Positions 10,001 to 17,184 of a DNA stretch of 50,418 bases are shown here, one piece after another. The first letter of the stretch is position 1, and the number at the start of each line of letters is the position of its first letter. Below the pieces are notes generated by a model. The model was not told the origin of the DNA. It searched no databases and saw only the letters and a list, made by a program, of their open reading frames with translations. Source of the DNA: Clostridia bacterium (GTDB lineage: Bacteria > Bacillota > Clostridia > Oscillospirales > CAG-272); the NCBI GenBank assembly GCA_017507905.1, contig JAFWAA010000051.1, forward strand, positions 1 through 50,418, written 5' to 3'. A program made the translations under genes and the position numbers.

Positions 10001-10240
10001 GGTAGAGATCTCGTAGGGGCTATCCTTCGCTCCGGTCTTTCCACCATTGGTAGACGCGTTAAACGGCGAGAAGTCGGCGTAGGTGTACGTGTTCGTGTCC
10101 GGAACGTACTCTCCCCAGGTTCCCGGAGCAGCCTTTTCCGCCGCGCTTGCGCACAGCGAGAACGCGCCGAAAACGGTGACGATCATCATGACCGAGAGCA
10201 AAAGCCCGGTTATTTTCCTCTTGTTGTTTGTTTTTTTCAT
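4034..10240 (-). CDS. 2068-aa cell-surface fibrillar/adhesin-like protein (signal peptide, two GLUG-repeat domains, beta-sandwich repeats, long coiled coil, C-terminal membrane anchor)
   Basis: GGAGG RBS; signal peptide ending ASA; repeated YVGGVVG..N...V..CYNTG GLUG motifs; YDG..PTVTVK repeats; ~550-aa A/E/K/L heptad region; hydrophobic C-terminus followed by RRKRLF. Confidence 0.85.
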   Translation of the reverse strand: MKKTNNKRKITGLLLSVMMIVTVFGAFSLCASAAEKAAPGTWGEYVPDTNTYTYADFSPFNASTNGGKTGAKDSPYEISTSAQLAALAALVNRYDGNATELTGINDSTATTSTFSGKFIKLSKDIDLSGKPWIPIGIDGSHNVFSGIFDGAGYTVKGLTIGSSASPNQELKYVGLFGYVQYNPGDLGLGYNFIQNLHVSGAIYSSVSGGNGSAGGVVGYLASNSYVLDCHSNVTVSGVSYVGGVVGTNDGGTVLRCYNTGSVSGSEYVGGVVGRNMISSAVQHCYNTGSVSGSEYVGGVVGSNNDNVQNCYYLSGCAEDGAGTIQFGIGNETQGSTTEDVADVTTAKTSAQFASGEVAYLSNGVFGQSLDNGETVDELPVKITATNKVYPCIGCDGTTVAYTNDAALQDKTKPHTFTEASNGFCAECAEEGLYQPATDSDGDGYYEIDNAGKLYWFAALVNGTLTDGTAQNTSADAILTKDIVVNEGVLTEMAKTFPDPSGFRLWTPIGNDSNGYTGVFDGNGKTVSGLYFDDSAVDYVGLFGYVGTNGKVQNVGVIDSYFNGNYYVGGVVGYNLGTVENCYNQGTVIGMNNVGGVVGENYSGTVQNCYNTGSVSGNEFVGGVVGSNDGIVQNCYYLSDCAEDGYGAPQNGIGNAGLGNTTEDVAEVTTAKTSAQFASGEVAHLLGDAFGQNVDNGETVDALPVFRTETNQVYNRLECDGTWIYSNSEKTVSHDMDVIASEHFDANGKCLACGAQAEAKLDYITSGDADAEGATELYFKVEDAFDRIVSLVNGGISAQVLHPVVTLLTDLNDTLTISGDLPHFRLDLNGYDIVSSDFIALIVEEDANVVVVNLHEENVSVIKTEASQNASIFVNGRLSLVGKTVVDTGANKLTVGGETGIYISEGNASAGYCELTFVDFDNSVASVTFVNSKGTLHIDRDLTDTIYVDRRADEDGNTDAVITVGAGCEIGSNLDQIVMVNEPDADSLVKTFAHENISSASKLLHDSEVIIGKLSITQSETEFTYNGGEQVPTVTVAIKTGNGTYDLNNDKYYYIEYTGDKKSAGEQGLEVRFSTEIRRNDEEAPDLTPEEVTWTIKKGAAAVIAPVINNTTIFYNGTEQALYDMIGSTNDGTVMYKVNDGEWLSYMETKKDAGEYDVYYKVVGDSNHNDLPETFAYTVTISPLDFGSDSFMVEYGDYYTGKTAVYDGTPKTPNLKVGFDLDDDGRIDLELKLYYEYIDSFSTWDFTNAGEKKVLLTAAGINFTGEFHDIITITPKPVGELQISHDKSVPPVYDGESHVPTVTVKDGDKVLTEGVDYEISWDSSDFIPAKTYTATITGIGNYGDTDTLDYEIVQAPIYAAIVAPEWIVPGDDLTLAVKIYRADTGEEITSEYSTYQYAFLYSINDSSGHTKQDNYTDVLNLNVDPGDSVYLWVYVQTMDGKYFEFTSDTPIELKATSSSDLLAKLENAIAGLDTDDIGVLVDRVTALETAMAEAKEAIEAAEGDITALEDAYKAADEKLNELIEKLTERVTKLEKKVGAADVNNVKANADAIAEAVKAIEALEKLTDLTNKDSALTKAIEALDTALDTLETKLTDALNKAVGELEAKIAAQIDPDELAAEIKKVTDLIDALDSTYATDKAVEDAIAAAKQEVTDAYTAALNKAVGELEAADKSNTDALNKAVDVLKALIKEAEAYADTQDAALKAVLDEEIKKANELIAALDARLTDAEKAIGKIEQAIEELKAVDAADAKALEDAITALNKAIEDARAFSTTSDTALKNELDAKIDEADKALEGKVAEVQANLNKAVEELKTADLNNANALTEAIDALNKAIEAAKAAATAGDETLDGKITEAESALHTKIAEVQKNLDDAKAELEQAIADGDTKLDGKIADLGKALENAISAYGAADEALKAELIAKIEAADAALDGAIKTVQKNLDDAKAELGKAIADGDTALDGKIINLNKALDAAKAALEAADAKDKAAMTAKIEEAYAALDGAIRAIQKDLDEIKAALEEKNGELAEKNTELEEKTDELKSLTTVSCSMAGVSLTGCGVLAVLAAIGRRKRLF

Positions 10241-10299
10241 GGTTTTCCTCCGTAGATAGGGTTTGCGTTCGTTTGATTATATCCTTTTGCGTTGCGACG

Positions 10300-10998
10300 T
10301 CAACTCATGATCAGAGCTTCGAGGTCTTCCTCGTCAAGCCCTTCGGTGTACTCGATGAAGCCGCGCAGGATCTGTCTGCCAAGCCCCCGATAATCGGTTG
10401 CCAGTACTTTGCTGATTTTCATTTTTCTGATCTCCTCGGGAACGTTGTAGATCAGCATGACCGCGCCAATCGCTCCCGCGATCCTTACGTCAAGGGGTGC
10501 CGAGCTTTCGGTGGTCATCATCGTGGCGTATTCGATTCCCGATACCAGGAGCTCCGCCTCGCGGAAGTTCTGATCCTTCCAGGTACTGCAGTATTCCTTG
10601 CCGAAGACCTGTCTCGCCTTCTCCGTATCGTTCTTCCGTATGATGTCAAGGGTCATCGGGTGGGTGTAGGTCGAGAGATAAAAGTCCTTCGCGATCTCGC
10701 TTTCCTCACAGCTCGCCGCCATAGCGGTCAGCTCAAGGCAGAGCGCCATCAGCGAGGTCTTACCCTCGTCTGCCGCGTGCTCCATCATCTCCCATTGGTA
10801 TCGGCAGAGCATCTTGACCAGCAGTGCCAGCAGGTGCTCCTTCGTGGGAAAGTAGAAGGTCAGATTCCCCGTGCTGATATCGAGCTCGTCACAGATCGCC
10901 TTCAGCGAGGTCTCGGTGTAGCCCCTTTCAAGAAACCTTCTCGTCGCCGTCTGTACGATTTCGATCTTCGTTGTATTCACCCGTCGTCTGCGTGCCAT
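10300..10998 (-). CDS. TetR/AcrR family transcriptional regulator
   Basis: N-terminal HTH IVQTATRRFLERGYTETSLKAICDELDISTGNLTFYFPTKEHL. Confidence 0.92.
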   Translation of the reverse strand: MARRRRVNTTKIEIVQTATRRFLERGYTETSLKAICDELDISTGNLTFYFPTKEHLLALLVKMLCRYQWEMMEHAADEGKTSLMALCLELTAMAASCEESEIAKDFYLSTYTHPMTLDIIRKNDTEKARQVFGKEYCSTWKDQNFREAELLVSGIEYATMMTTESSAPLDVRIAGAIGAVMLIYNVPEEIRKMKISKVLATDYRGLGRQILRGFIEYTEGLDEEDLEALIMS

Positions 10999-11040
10999 AT
11001 AAGACCCTCTCTTTCTCTTTATTTTGGTTGTACGTCGGTT

Positions 11041-11118
11041 TTTGCATGCGTGCTAATTTTAGCACGAGTCCTAATTTAGCATCTGCCCTATTTTAGCACA
11101 CTTGCTAAAATTTGTCAA
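11041..11118 (-). promoter_or_regulatory. tetR promoter with four tandem TTAGCA-N4-TGCTAA operator-like palindromes
   Basis: TTGACA (11118-11113), 17 nt, TAAAAT (11095-11090); palindromes start at 11041, 11059, 11076 and 11093. Confidence 0.75.
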
Positions 11119-11377
11119 TAGCTTTTGGAAAATTGTCTTATTTTTTTCCTTCGTTCTCCTTCCTTCCGACGACAAAAAAAGGGGGACTCTCCCCCCTTAC
11201 GGACCGCGCCGTCGCCCCCCTCTTTGCCTTTATGAAAGGAGTATGATACAATAAATGGAATGTTGAACGGGCAACGCCGATTTTGTCAGCGTTGCCCGAT
11301 CGATTATACTAAGCTTGTCTTTTTGAGAACCACCTTGCTGATTGCGCCAAGACCGAATGCAAACAATGCACCGCCGG

Positions 11378-11443
11378 CCGCACGTCGCAAGACGTGCGGT
11401 TTCTTTTTTTGCCGCTTCCTCGCGCGGCACGGGGAGGCGTCTG
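11378..11443 (+). repeat. Third copy of the CCGCACGTC hairpin repeat (direct repeat of 3804-3870); probably also a terminator
   Basis: CCGCACGTCGCAAGACGTGCGGTTTCTTTTTTTGCCG.TTCC.CGCGCGG...G.GA.GCGTCTG. Confidence 0.8.
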
Positions 11444-11479
11444 TGCCAAAAGCTTATTTTCCGCTTGCAAGAGCCGCTT

Positions 11480-12094
11480 TTATTTCATCCGCTCGGAAAG
11501 GTGCGACCAATCCAACAGACAGACGTTGGATCCGCATATCCTCTCTCCGACAGCGAGGTGTTCCTTTTTGGCGCAGTCTGTGATCTGCTCCGGAAAACGA
11601 TCAAAGAGGATCGCGCGAAGCTCCGCATCCGCATCCCACGCAAGGCTTTGCTTTCCTACCTGCTTGACCTCGACCAGCTCGGAAATCGTGCCACCTCGTA
11701 TCTTTATACTTTTGAAGACCGCGCGATTTGCGCGGTAGAACTCCAATCGGTGGATGCTGTCAAAGTGATAGCGCTGATACTTTCGCTTCCGTGAGAGCAG
11801 AAGGATCTGCGCCTTCTTGCCTTCGTAAGAAAAGGTAAGACTGTAATGGCCGTGAAAAAAGGACGCCCAAGGAAGGAATTTGATCTTCGTCCCTTCGATG
11901 CCGCTTTGCTTGAGGTGCTTATTCACCTTGATCACCAATACAACGTATTTGCAGAAGCGAATCAAGACAAAGAGCAACATGAGCGAGAGCAGAACAAGCA
12001 AAAGGGGCAGATTCCGTATTTCCGTACTTCCCGTGCGAGGAAAAAACAGAAGCACGGAAGCAAAAAACAGGATTGCATATACAACGTATTTCAT
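11480..12094 (-). CDS. Hypothetical membrane protein (two N-terminal TM helices)
   Basis: 204-aa ORF with upstream GGAGG/AAGGA RBS and two hydrophobic segments. Confidence 0.7.
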   Translation of the reverse strand: MKYVVYAILFFASVLLFFPRTGSTEIRNLPLLLVLLSLMLLFVLIRFCKYVVLVIKVNKHLKQSGIEGTKIKFLPWASFFHGHYSLTFSYEGKKAQILLLSRKRKYQRYHFDSIHRLEFYRANRAVFKSIKIRGGTISELVEVKQVGKQSLAWDADAELRAILFDRFPEQITDCAKKEHLAVGERICGSNVCLLDWSHLSERMK

Positions 12095-12251
12095 TCCTTG
12101 TCCTCCCGGTCAGTAGTAAAACGGATCTTTCCTTCGTTGATCCCAAAGGGATCACCACCAGTATAGCACGCAAGCACGCGAATGTCAATCACGGTCTGGT
12201 TGAATGTCCTTCCCCTCGGCATCGTTTCCCTCCCCTCGCGGCGGCATCTCC

Positions 12252-12659
12252 TTACTTCATCAGCTCGTCGGTCAGGCGAAGGATCTCAGGTGCAAGCTTT
12301 TTACGCTTTGCCTTTACGATCGCGTTATAGATGGGATAGGCGAGGCTTGCAAGAACGCCGCCGACAACGCCCACAAGAATACCGATGACCATAGCCATAT
12401 CCTTGTGCGAACCGAGAATTTCTCCAAGCTCGGTCATGCAAAGGCTCATTCCAAAGCCGAGGATCAGTGCGCCTAGAATACCAAACACAAGGGCGACCGC
12501 TTGCGCGGTGTTCGTCACGCTTGCGTCAAGTCGGCGCAGGCGTGCCATCTTGTCCTCCTCCTCGGTGGGAGCTGTATATTTCTCGCGGATATGCTTCAGC
12601 TCTGCCTGCTCACGCGCGGAGTAGGTGTAAGTAAATCCGTTTTTTTCGTTATTCTCCAT
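12252..12659 (-). CDS. Small two-TM membrane protein
   Basis: GAGG RBS; MENNEKNGFTYTYSAREQAEL...; two hydrophobic helices; overlaps the stop of the upstream gene. Confidence 0.8.
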   Translation of the reverse strand: MENNEKNGFTYTYSAREQAELKHIREKYTAPTEEEDKMARLRRLDASVTNTAQAVALVFGILGALILGFGMSLCMTELGEILGSHKDMAMVIGILVGVVGGVLASLAYPIYNAIVKAKRKKLAPEILRLTDELMK

Positions 12660-13542
12660 TTTCAACCTCTGATTTTAATTGTTTCAGTTTCTTTGTTCCA
12701 ACGACGATCATATACATTGCCGTAGCAACGATCAATAGCGAGACCACGCCGCCCGTTGCGCCAAGCATCCATTTTTGCGCAGTATCCGTCATCGTTCCGT
12801 CACCAAACGTCGTCAGCATCGTGGATTCAAGTGTCAACATGGACACAAGAGCTGCCGCAAGGCTGATCGCTTTGGATGCGGAAAAGACGGGGCTGTTATA
12901 CTTTCTGTATTTTATGACATTGACAATAGCAGTAGTTAGCGCCGTAAACGTGTACGCCGCCATCGCAATCGCCGTGATCATGTGATGCTGGAAGGTTCTG
13001 TTCCAATAGACCATAAAGAAGATGATCAGAGCAAGCGCAAGGTTCATCAAAAGGAACACGATGCCGCAGGCACGGTATTTTACAAGCTCGGTTTGCATCT
13101 TCTCCCCGGGCGCAAACTTTCTCGTGTGCCTGACCAAGAAGAAGCGCATGACGGCAAGGCAGATATAGTACGCGCCAAGCGAGCAGAACCAAAAGGTGTG
13201 GTGATAAAAGCCAAGCCACAGTTGGAAAAGTCCATAGAATGCGTTCCACGCAAGTGAGCCGTAAAGCGATACGTTTACGCGCAGGCGTGTATCGTCTTGC
13301 CAACGTCTTGCATATTTGTTTTCATCTTTGAAGGTTTTGAAGAACTGAATCAAGTATGGAATCTTGAAGCACCACACCGTCAAGGTATAGGCAGCAAGAA
13401 CGTAGGAAATGTACGCGATTACGGACTCCGTTCCGATAAATACCATTGAACCGACAAGTAAAACGGTTGCAACCGGAACGAGCAATATCATAATCGCGAT
13501 ATGCGGAAACAGCAAAGCTTTACCGAGCTTCTTCCAATCCAT
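12649..13542 (-). CDS. Multi-pass membrane protein of unknown function
   Basis: AGGAGG RBS before MDWKKLGK; roughly 8 hydrophobic segments; overlaps the kinase stop. Confidence 0.8.
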   Translation of the reverse strand: MDWKKLGKALLFPHIAIMILLVPVATVLLVGSMVFIGTESVIAYISYVLAAYTLTVWCFKIPYLIQFFKTFKDENKYARRWQDDTRLRVNVSLYGSLAWNAFYGLFQLWLGFYHHTFWFCSLGAYYICLAVMRFFLVRHTRKFAPGEKMQTELVKYRACGIVFLLMNLALALIIFFMVYWNRTFQHHMITAIAMAAYTFTALTTAIVNVIKYRKYNSPVFSASKAISLAAALVSMLTLESTMLTTFGDGTMTDTAQKWMLGATGGVVSLLIVATAMYMIVVGTKKLKQLKSEVENGE

Positions 13543-14617
13543 TTTCAGCCCTCCTGATCCTGACGGTAAAGGTCGTCCCAACGCCGATCGCGCTCTCCAC
13601 ACCGATCTCGCCCTGCAGAATATCAATCACTCTTTTGACAAGAGGCAAGCCGAGGCCGTTGCCCTGCGTGGCATGCGAGGTGTCGCCCTGATAGAATTTT
13701 TCAAAGATGTGTGCGCCAACCTCCGCGCTCATGCCGCAACCCGTGTCGGATATTTTTACGGTAGCAAATTCCTCGTCCGCCGTAAGCGTGAGCGTGACCT
13801 TGCCGCCCTCCTCGGTAAACTTGAAGGCGTTTGAACATAAATTATTCCACACGAGCGAGAGAAGCTCCGCGTCGGCAGAGACGTGCACACCCTCGGCAAT
13901 ATCGGTCTCAATCTCAATCTTCTTCCGCTCCCACGTGCTCTCGTATTGCAAAAGGCTCTCGCACAGCTGCTCGCCGAGGTCGAAGGTGGTGAGATGCGGA
14001 TAGATCTGCTGATTCTCCAGCCGATTGAGCTTGAGGATATTCGTCATCATATCGGCAAGGCGGCGCGAGGCGTCGGTGATCGCCTTTGCGTACTCGATCC
14101 GCTTTTCCTCGGGCAGGTCGGGCGTTTGCAGGAGCGTGCCGTAGTTCTGCATCACGGCAAGCGGCGTTTTCATCTCGTGGGAGACGTTGGCAATAAAATC
14201 GGTGCGCAGGGCCTCCACGCCCGAAAGCTCCTCGGCCATCTTGTTGATGCATTCGATGATTTCATTAAAGCTATCATCGTTAGCAAATTTTGAGATAGGC
14301 TCAATGCGAACGTCAAAATCTCCCTCGATCATTTTCGAGGTCGCCTCGGTAATTCGCTTTACGGGGCGTTCTACCGTGAACTTACGGCGAACATAATCAA
14401 CTACCGCCATACCGATACTCAAAAGGATGACGTTAAGCATCGTGATCTTTGCCGCAACCGTGATTTCCTCCTGGGTGAAATCACGACCAATAGAGCCTTG
14501 CAAGATGTTGATAAACAACATAATGCAGCAAGTGGTGACGAAGGCGGCAAGCAAAAAAAAGACGAAGAAATTACTGATTGTGCCAAGGACGGTTTTCGTT
14601 GTATTCCCTTTTTTCAT
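13520..14617 (-). CDS. HAMP-domain sensor histidine kinase (HssS-like)
   Basis: Two TM helices, HAMP domain, H-box FIANVSHEMKTPL, N-box NLCSNAFKF, DTGCGM and GNGLGL. Confidence 0.93.
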   Translation of the reverse strand: MKKGNTTKTVLGTISNFFVFFLLAAFVTTCCIMLFINILQGSIGRDFTQEEITVAAKITMLNVILLSIGMAVVDYVRRKFTVERPVKRITEATSKMIEGDFDVRIEPISKFANDDSFNEIIECINKMAEELSGVEALRTDFIANVSHEMKTPLAVMQNYGTLLQTPDLPEEKRIEYAKAITDASRRLADMMTNILKLNRLENQQIYPHLTTFDLGEQLCESLLQYESTWERKKIEIETDIAEGVHVSADAELLSLVWNNLCSNAFKFTEEGGKVTLTLTADEEFATVKISDTGCGMSAEVGAHIFEKFYQGDTSHATQGNGLGLPLVKRVIDILQGEIGVESAIGVGTTFTVRIRRAENGLEEAR

Positions 14618-15285
14618 TTGATCACCGCCTTGTAGCCAAGCCCGTGCACGGTCTGGATCTCAAAGGCATCGCACTCCGAAAGCTTTGCGCGGAGCTTGGT
14701 GATATACACATCCACCGTCCGCGTGCCCGCTTGGGTGTCCACGTCCCAAAATTCGTCCATCAGCTGCGTGCGCGTAAAGGTCTTTTTGGGATAGGAAAGA
14801 AGCTTATAAAGAAGGTCAAATTCTCTTGCCGTCAAGGGTATCTCCTCGCCGTCAAGCGTTGCGCTTCGCTCATCGGCGTCCATCACGAAATTGCCCACCG
14901 CAAGGCGGCGGCTCGACGCGATCTTGGAACGGCGCAAAAGCGCGCCGATGCGCAGAAGCAGCTCGTCAAGATCGATGGGCTTGATCATGTAATCGTCGAT
15001 GCCGATGCGAAAGCCCCTCTGCTTGGAGGCAAGATCGTCACGCGCGGTCATGAAAAGAAGGGGAATATCGCTGTTGAGCGAACGAACGGTCTCGGCAAAC
15101 GCAAAGCCGTCGATATTCGGCATCATGATGTCCGACACGATGCAGTCAAAGGTGGTCTTATACATCTCGTCGTAGGCGCTCTCCGCGTCAAGGCAACCGA
15201 TCGCCTCGTAGCCCGAATGATTGAGAAAGGAGCAAACGCTGCGGTTCAGATCCCTGTCGTCCTCCACAATGAGAATTTTGAACAT
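14614..15285 (-). CDS. OmpR-family response regulator (HssR-like)
   Basis: MFKILIVEDD, DIMMPNIDG, GIDDYMIKP, winged helix RTVDVYITKLR, TVHGLGYK. Confidence 0.93.
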   Translation of the reverse strand: MFKILIVEDDRDLNRSVCSFLNHSGYEAIGCLDAESAYDEMYKTTFDCIVSDIMMPNIDGFAFAETVRSLNSDIPLLFMTARDDLASKQRGFRIGIDDYMIKPIDLDELLLRIGALLRRSKIASSRRLAVGNFVMDADERSATLDGEEIPLTAREFDLLYKLLSYPKKTFTRTQLMDEFWDVDTQAGTRTVDVYITKLRAKLSECDAFEIQTVHGLGYKAVIK

Positions 15286-15405
15286 ACTTTCACCCTCCAA
15301 AGCCCATGTTTTCCCGTATTCGCTTAATTGTAGCACGGAAATGTTAAGATTTTGTTTGCGTTTTCCCCTTTTTTGAAAAAAGTGCCGCACGAGAGCGTTT
15401 TTCGC

Positions 15406-17184
15406 TTACGCCGTGGGGTATTGGCTGTTGTAGATCCGCGCGTACAGACCGTTTCTCCGTAGCAATTCTTCGTGCTTGCCCTGCTCAACGATATGGCCGT
15501 TGTCCACGACCAGGATCGTATCCGCATTTTCGATCGTGGAAAGACGGTGCGCGATCACAAAGGCCGTCCGTCCCTTCATCAGCTCGTCCATGGTCTGCTG
15601 GATCAAGAGCTCGGTGCGCGTGTCGACGTTGCTCGTCGCCTCGTCCAGGATCAGGATCGGGCGGTCCGAAAGATAGGCCCGCGCGATCGTCAACAGCTGC
15701 TTTTGGCCCGCGCTGATGTTGGTGCTGTCCTCATTGATCTCGGTCTCGTATCCGTTGGGGAGCGCGTCGATAAAGTCGTCGATGTGCGCTTTTCGCGCCG
15801 CCTCCATCACCTCCGCGCGCGTGGCCCCCTCCTTGCCGTAGGCAATATTCTCATACACGCTGCCCGAAAAGAGGACCGTATCCTGCAGGACCATGCCAAA
15901 CATCTCCCGCACGTCCCGTCGGCTCATTTGGGCAATATCCCTGCCATCGACCAGCATCCTTCCCGACGCGGCATCGTAAAAGCGCATCAGAAGATTGACG
16001 ATCGTCGTTTTTCCTCCGCCCGTAGGGCCAACGATGGCCACCTTCTCGCCGGGCTTGACGTGCAGATCCAGATGCTCGATCAGGGGCTTGTCGTCCACGT
16101 AGGAAAAGCATACGTCGAGAAGCTCGACCTCGCCCCGCACGTCGGCGCTGCCCCGTGGCTCCTGCTCTTCCATTTCCTCGCCGTCCAGATATTCGTACAC
16201 CCGTCTTGCCGAGGCGACCGTGGACTGGATCATGGACATTCCGCTCGCGATGGATTCCAGCGGTCCCGAAAAAAGCTTGGTATACATGATGAACGCCACC
16301 AGCGCGCCAACGTTGACCCGCCCCTCGATGGCAAGATAGGCGCCGATCACGCAGATGGCAACGTAGGAGAGATTGTTGATCAGCCCAACAATCGGACTAA
16401 CCAGCCCCGAAACGAAATAGCCCTTGGCCGAGTAATCGGCATACCGGCGGGTAACCTCCCGATACTTTTGGTTCTGGGCGTCCTCGATGGAAAAGATCTT
16501 GACCGCGTCAAAGCAGGTCAGATTTTCCTCGCAGATGCTGTATAGCTTTCCCGATTGCTCTCGGGAATCGTTAAAATGCTTCTCGCTCCTTGAGGCCAGA
16601 ACGGCCGAGAGAATCAGCGAAAGCGGAACGAAGACGATCACGGTCAGCGCCATGACGGGCTCCTCTGTGAAGATGATCACACAGATCATGATCAGCTGGA
16701 TCACGCCGTTGATGATGACGCCGAAAATATCGTGAATGGAGCCGCCCATGATGGAGACGTCGTTGGTCATGCGCGAGATAAACTCGCCGTTGGGCGTGCT
16801 GTCCACCGTCTTGATCGGAATGCGCGCGATCTTTTCGCTCATTCTGATCCGCAGCTTGCAGGTGAAAAAGCTGCTCACCGAGTAGTTCATCACGGCCTTG
16901 GTCAGCGCGCCAAGCAGAGCGGAGGCAAGGTAAAGTCCGATCAGCGTCAGCACGCGGCTCAGAAAGAGTGCACGGTCCAGCGGAAGCTGCCGATCGAGCA
17001 GATCGTAGATCTGGTTGGTCAGGTGCCCGAGCAGCTTCGGGGCGATCATGGCCAGGTAGGCAGACCCGATGCTCAGAAGCGTGGCGAGAAGCAGCCAATG
17101 CAGGATCCCCTTGGAATCCTTCAGAATACGCGCGATCACCTTGGACGCGCGAAGCCCCTTAGTCTCAGTCCTTGTTCGTTTCAT
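15406..17184 (-). CDS. ABC exporter fused permease/ATPase, subunit 2
   Basis: TM domain; Walker A GPTGGGKT; signature ISAGQKQ; Walker B ILDEATS; IAHRL. Confidence 0.93.
   Translation of the reverse strand: MKRTRTETKGLRASKVIARILKDSKGILHWLLLATLLSIGSAYLAMIAPKLLGHLTNQIYDLLDRQLPLDRALFLSRVLTLIGLYLASALLGALTKAVMNYSVSSFFTCKLRIRMSEKIARIPIKTVDSTPNGEFISRMTNDVSIMGGSIHDIFGVIINGVIQLIMICVIIFTEEPVMALTVIVFVPLSLILSAVLASRSEKHFNDSREQSGKLYSICEENLTCFDAVKIFSIEDAQNQKYREVTRRYADYSAKGYFVSGLVSPIVGLINNLSYVAICVIGAYLAIEGRVNVGALVAFIMYTKLFSGPLESIASGMSMIQSTVASARRVYEYLDGEEMEEQEPRGSADVRGEVELLDVCFSYVDDKPLIEHLDLHVKPGEKVAIVGPTGGGKTTIVNLLMRFYDAASGRMLVDGRDIAQMSRRDVREMFGMVLQDTVLFSGSVYENIAYGKEGATRAEVMEAARKAHIDDFIDALPNGYETEINEDSTNISAGQKQLLTIARAYLSDRPILILDEATSNVDTRTELLIQQTMDELMKGRTAFVIAHRLSTIENADTILVVDNGHIVEQGKHEELLRRNGLYARIYNSQYPTA

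Noticed and set aside
11041-11110. CIRCE (HrcA) element
   Set aside because: The half-site resembles TTAGCAC, but the geometry is not TTAGCACTC-N9-GAGTGCTAA and no chaperone genes follow.
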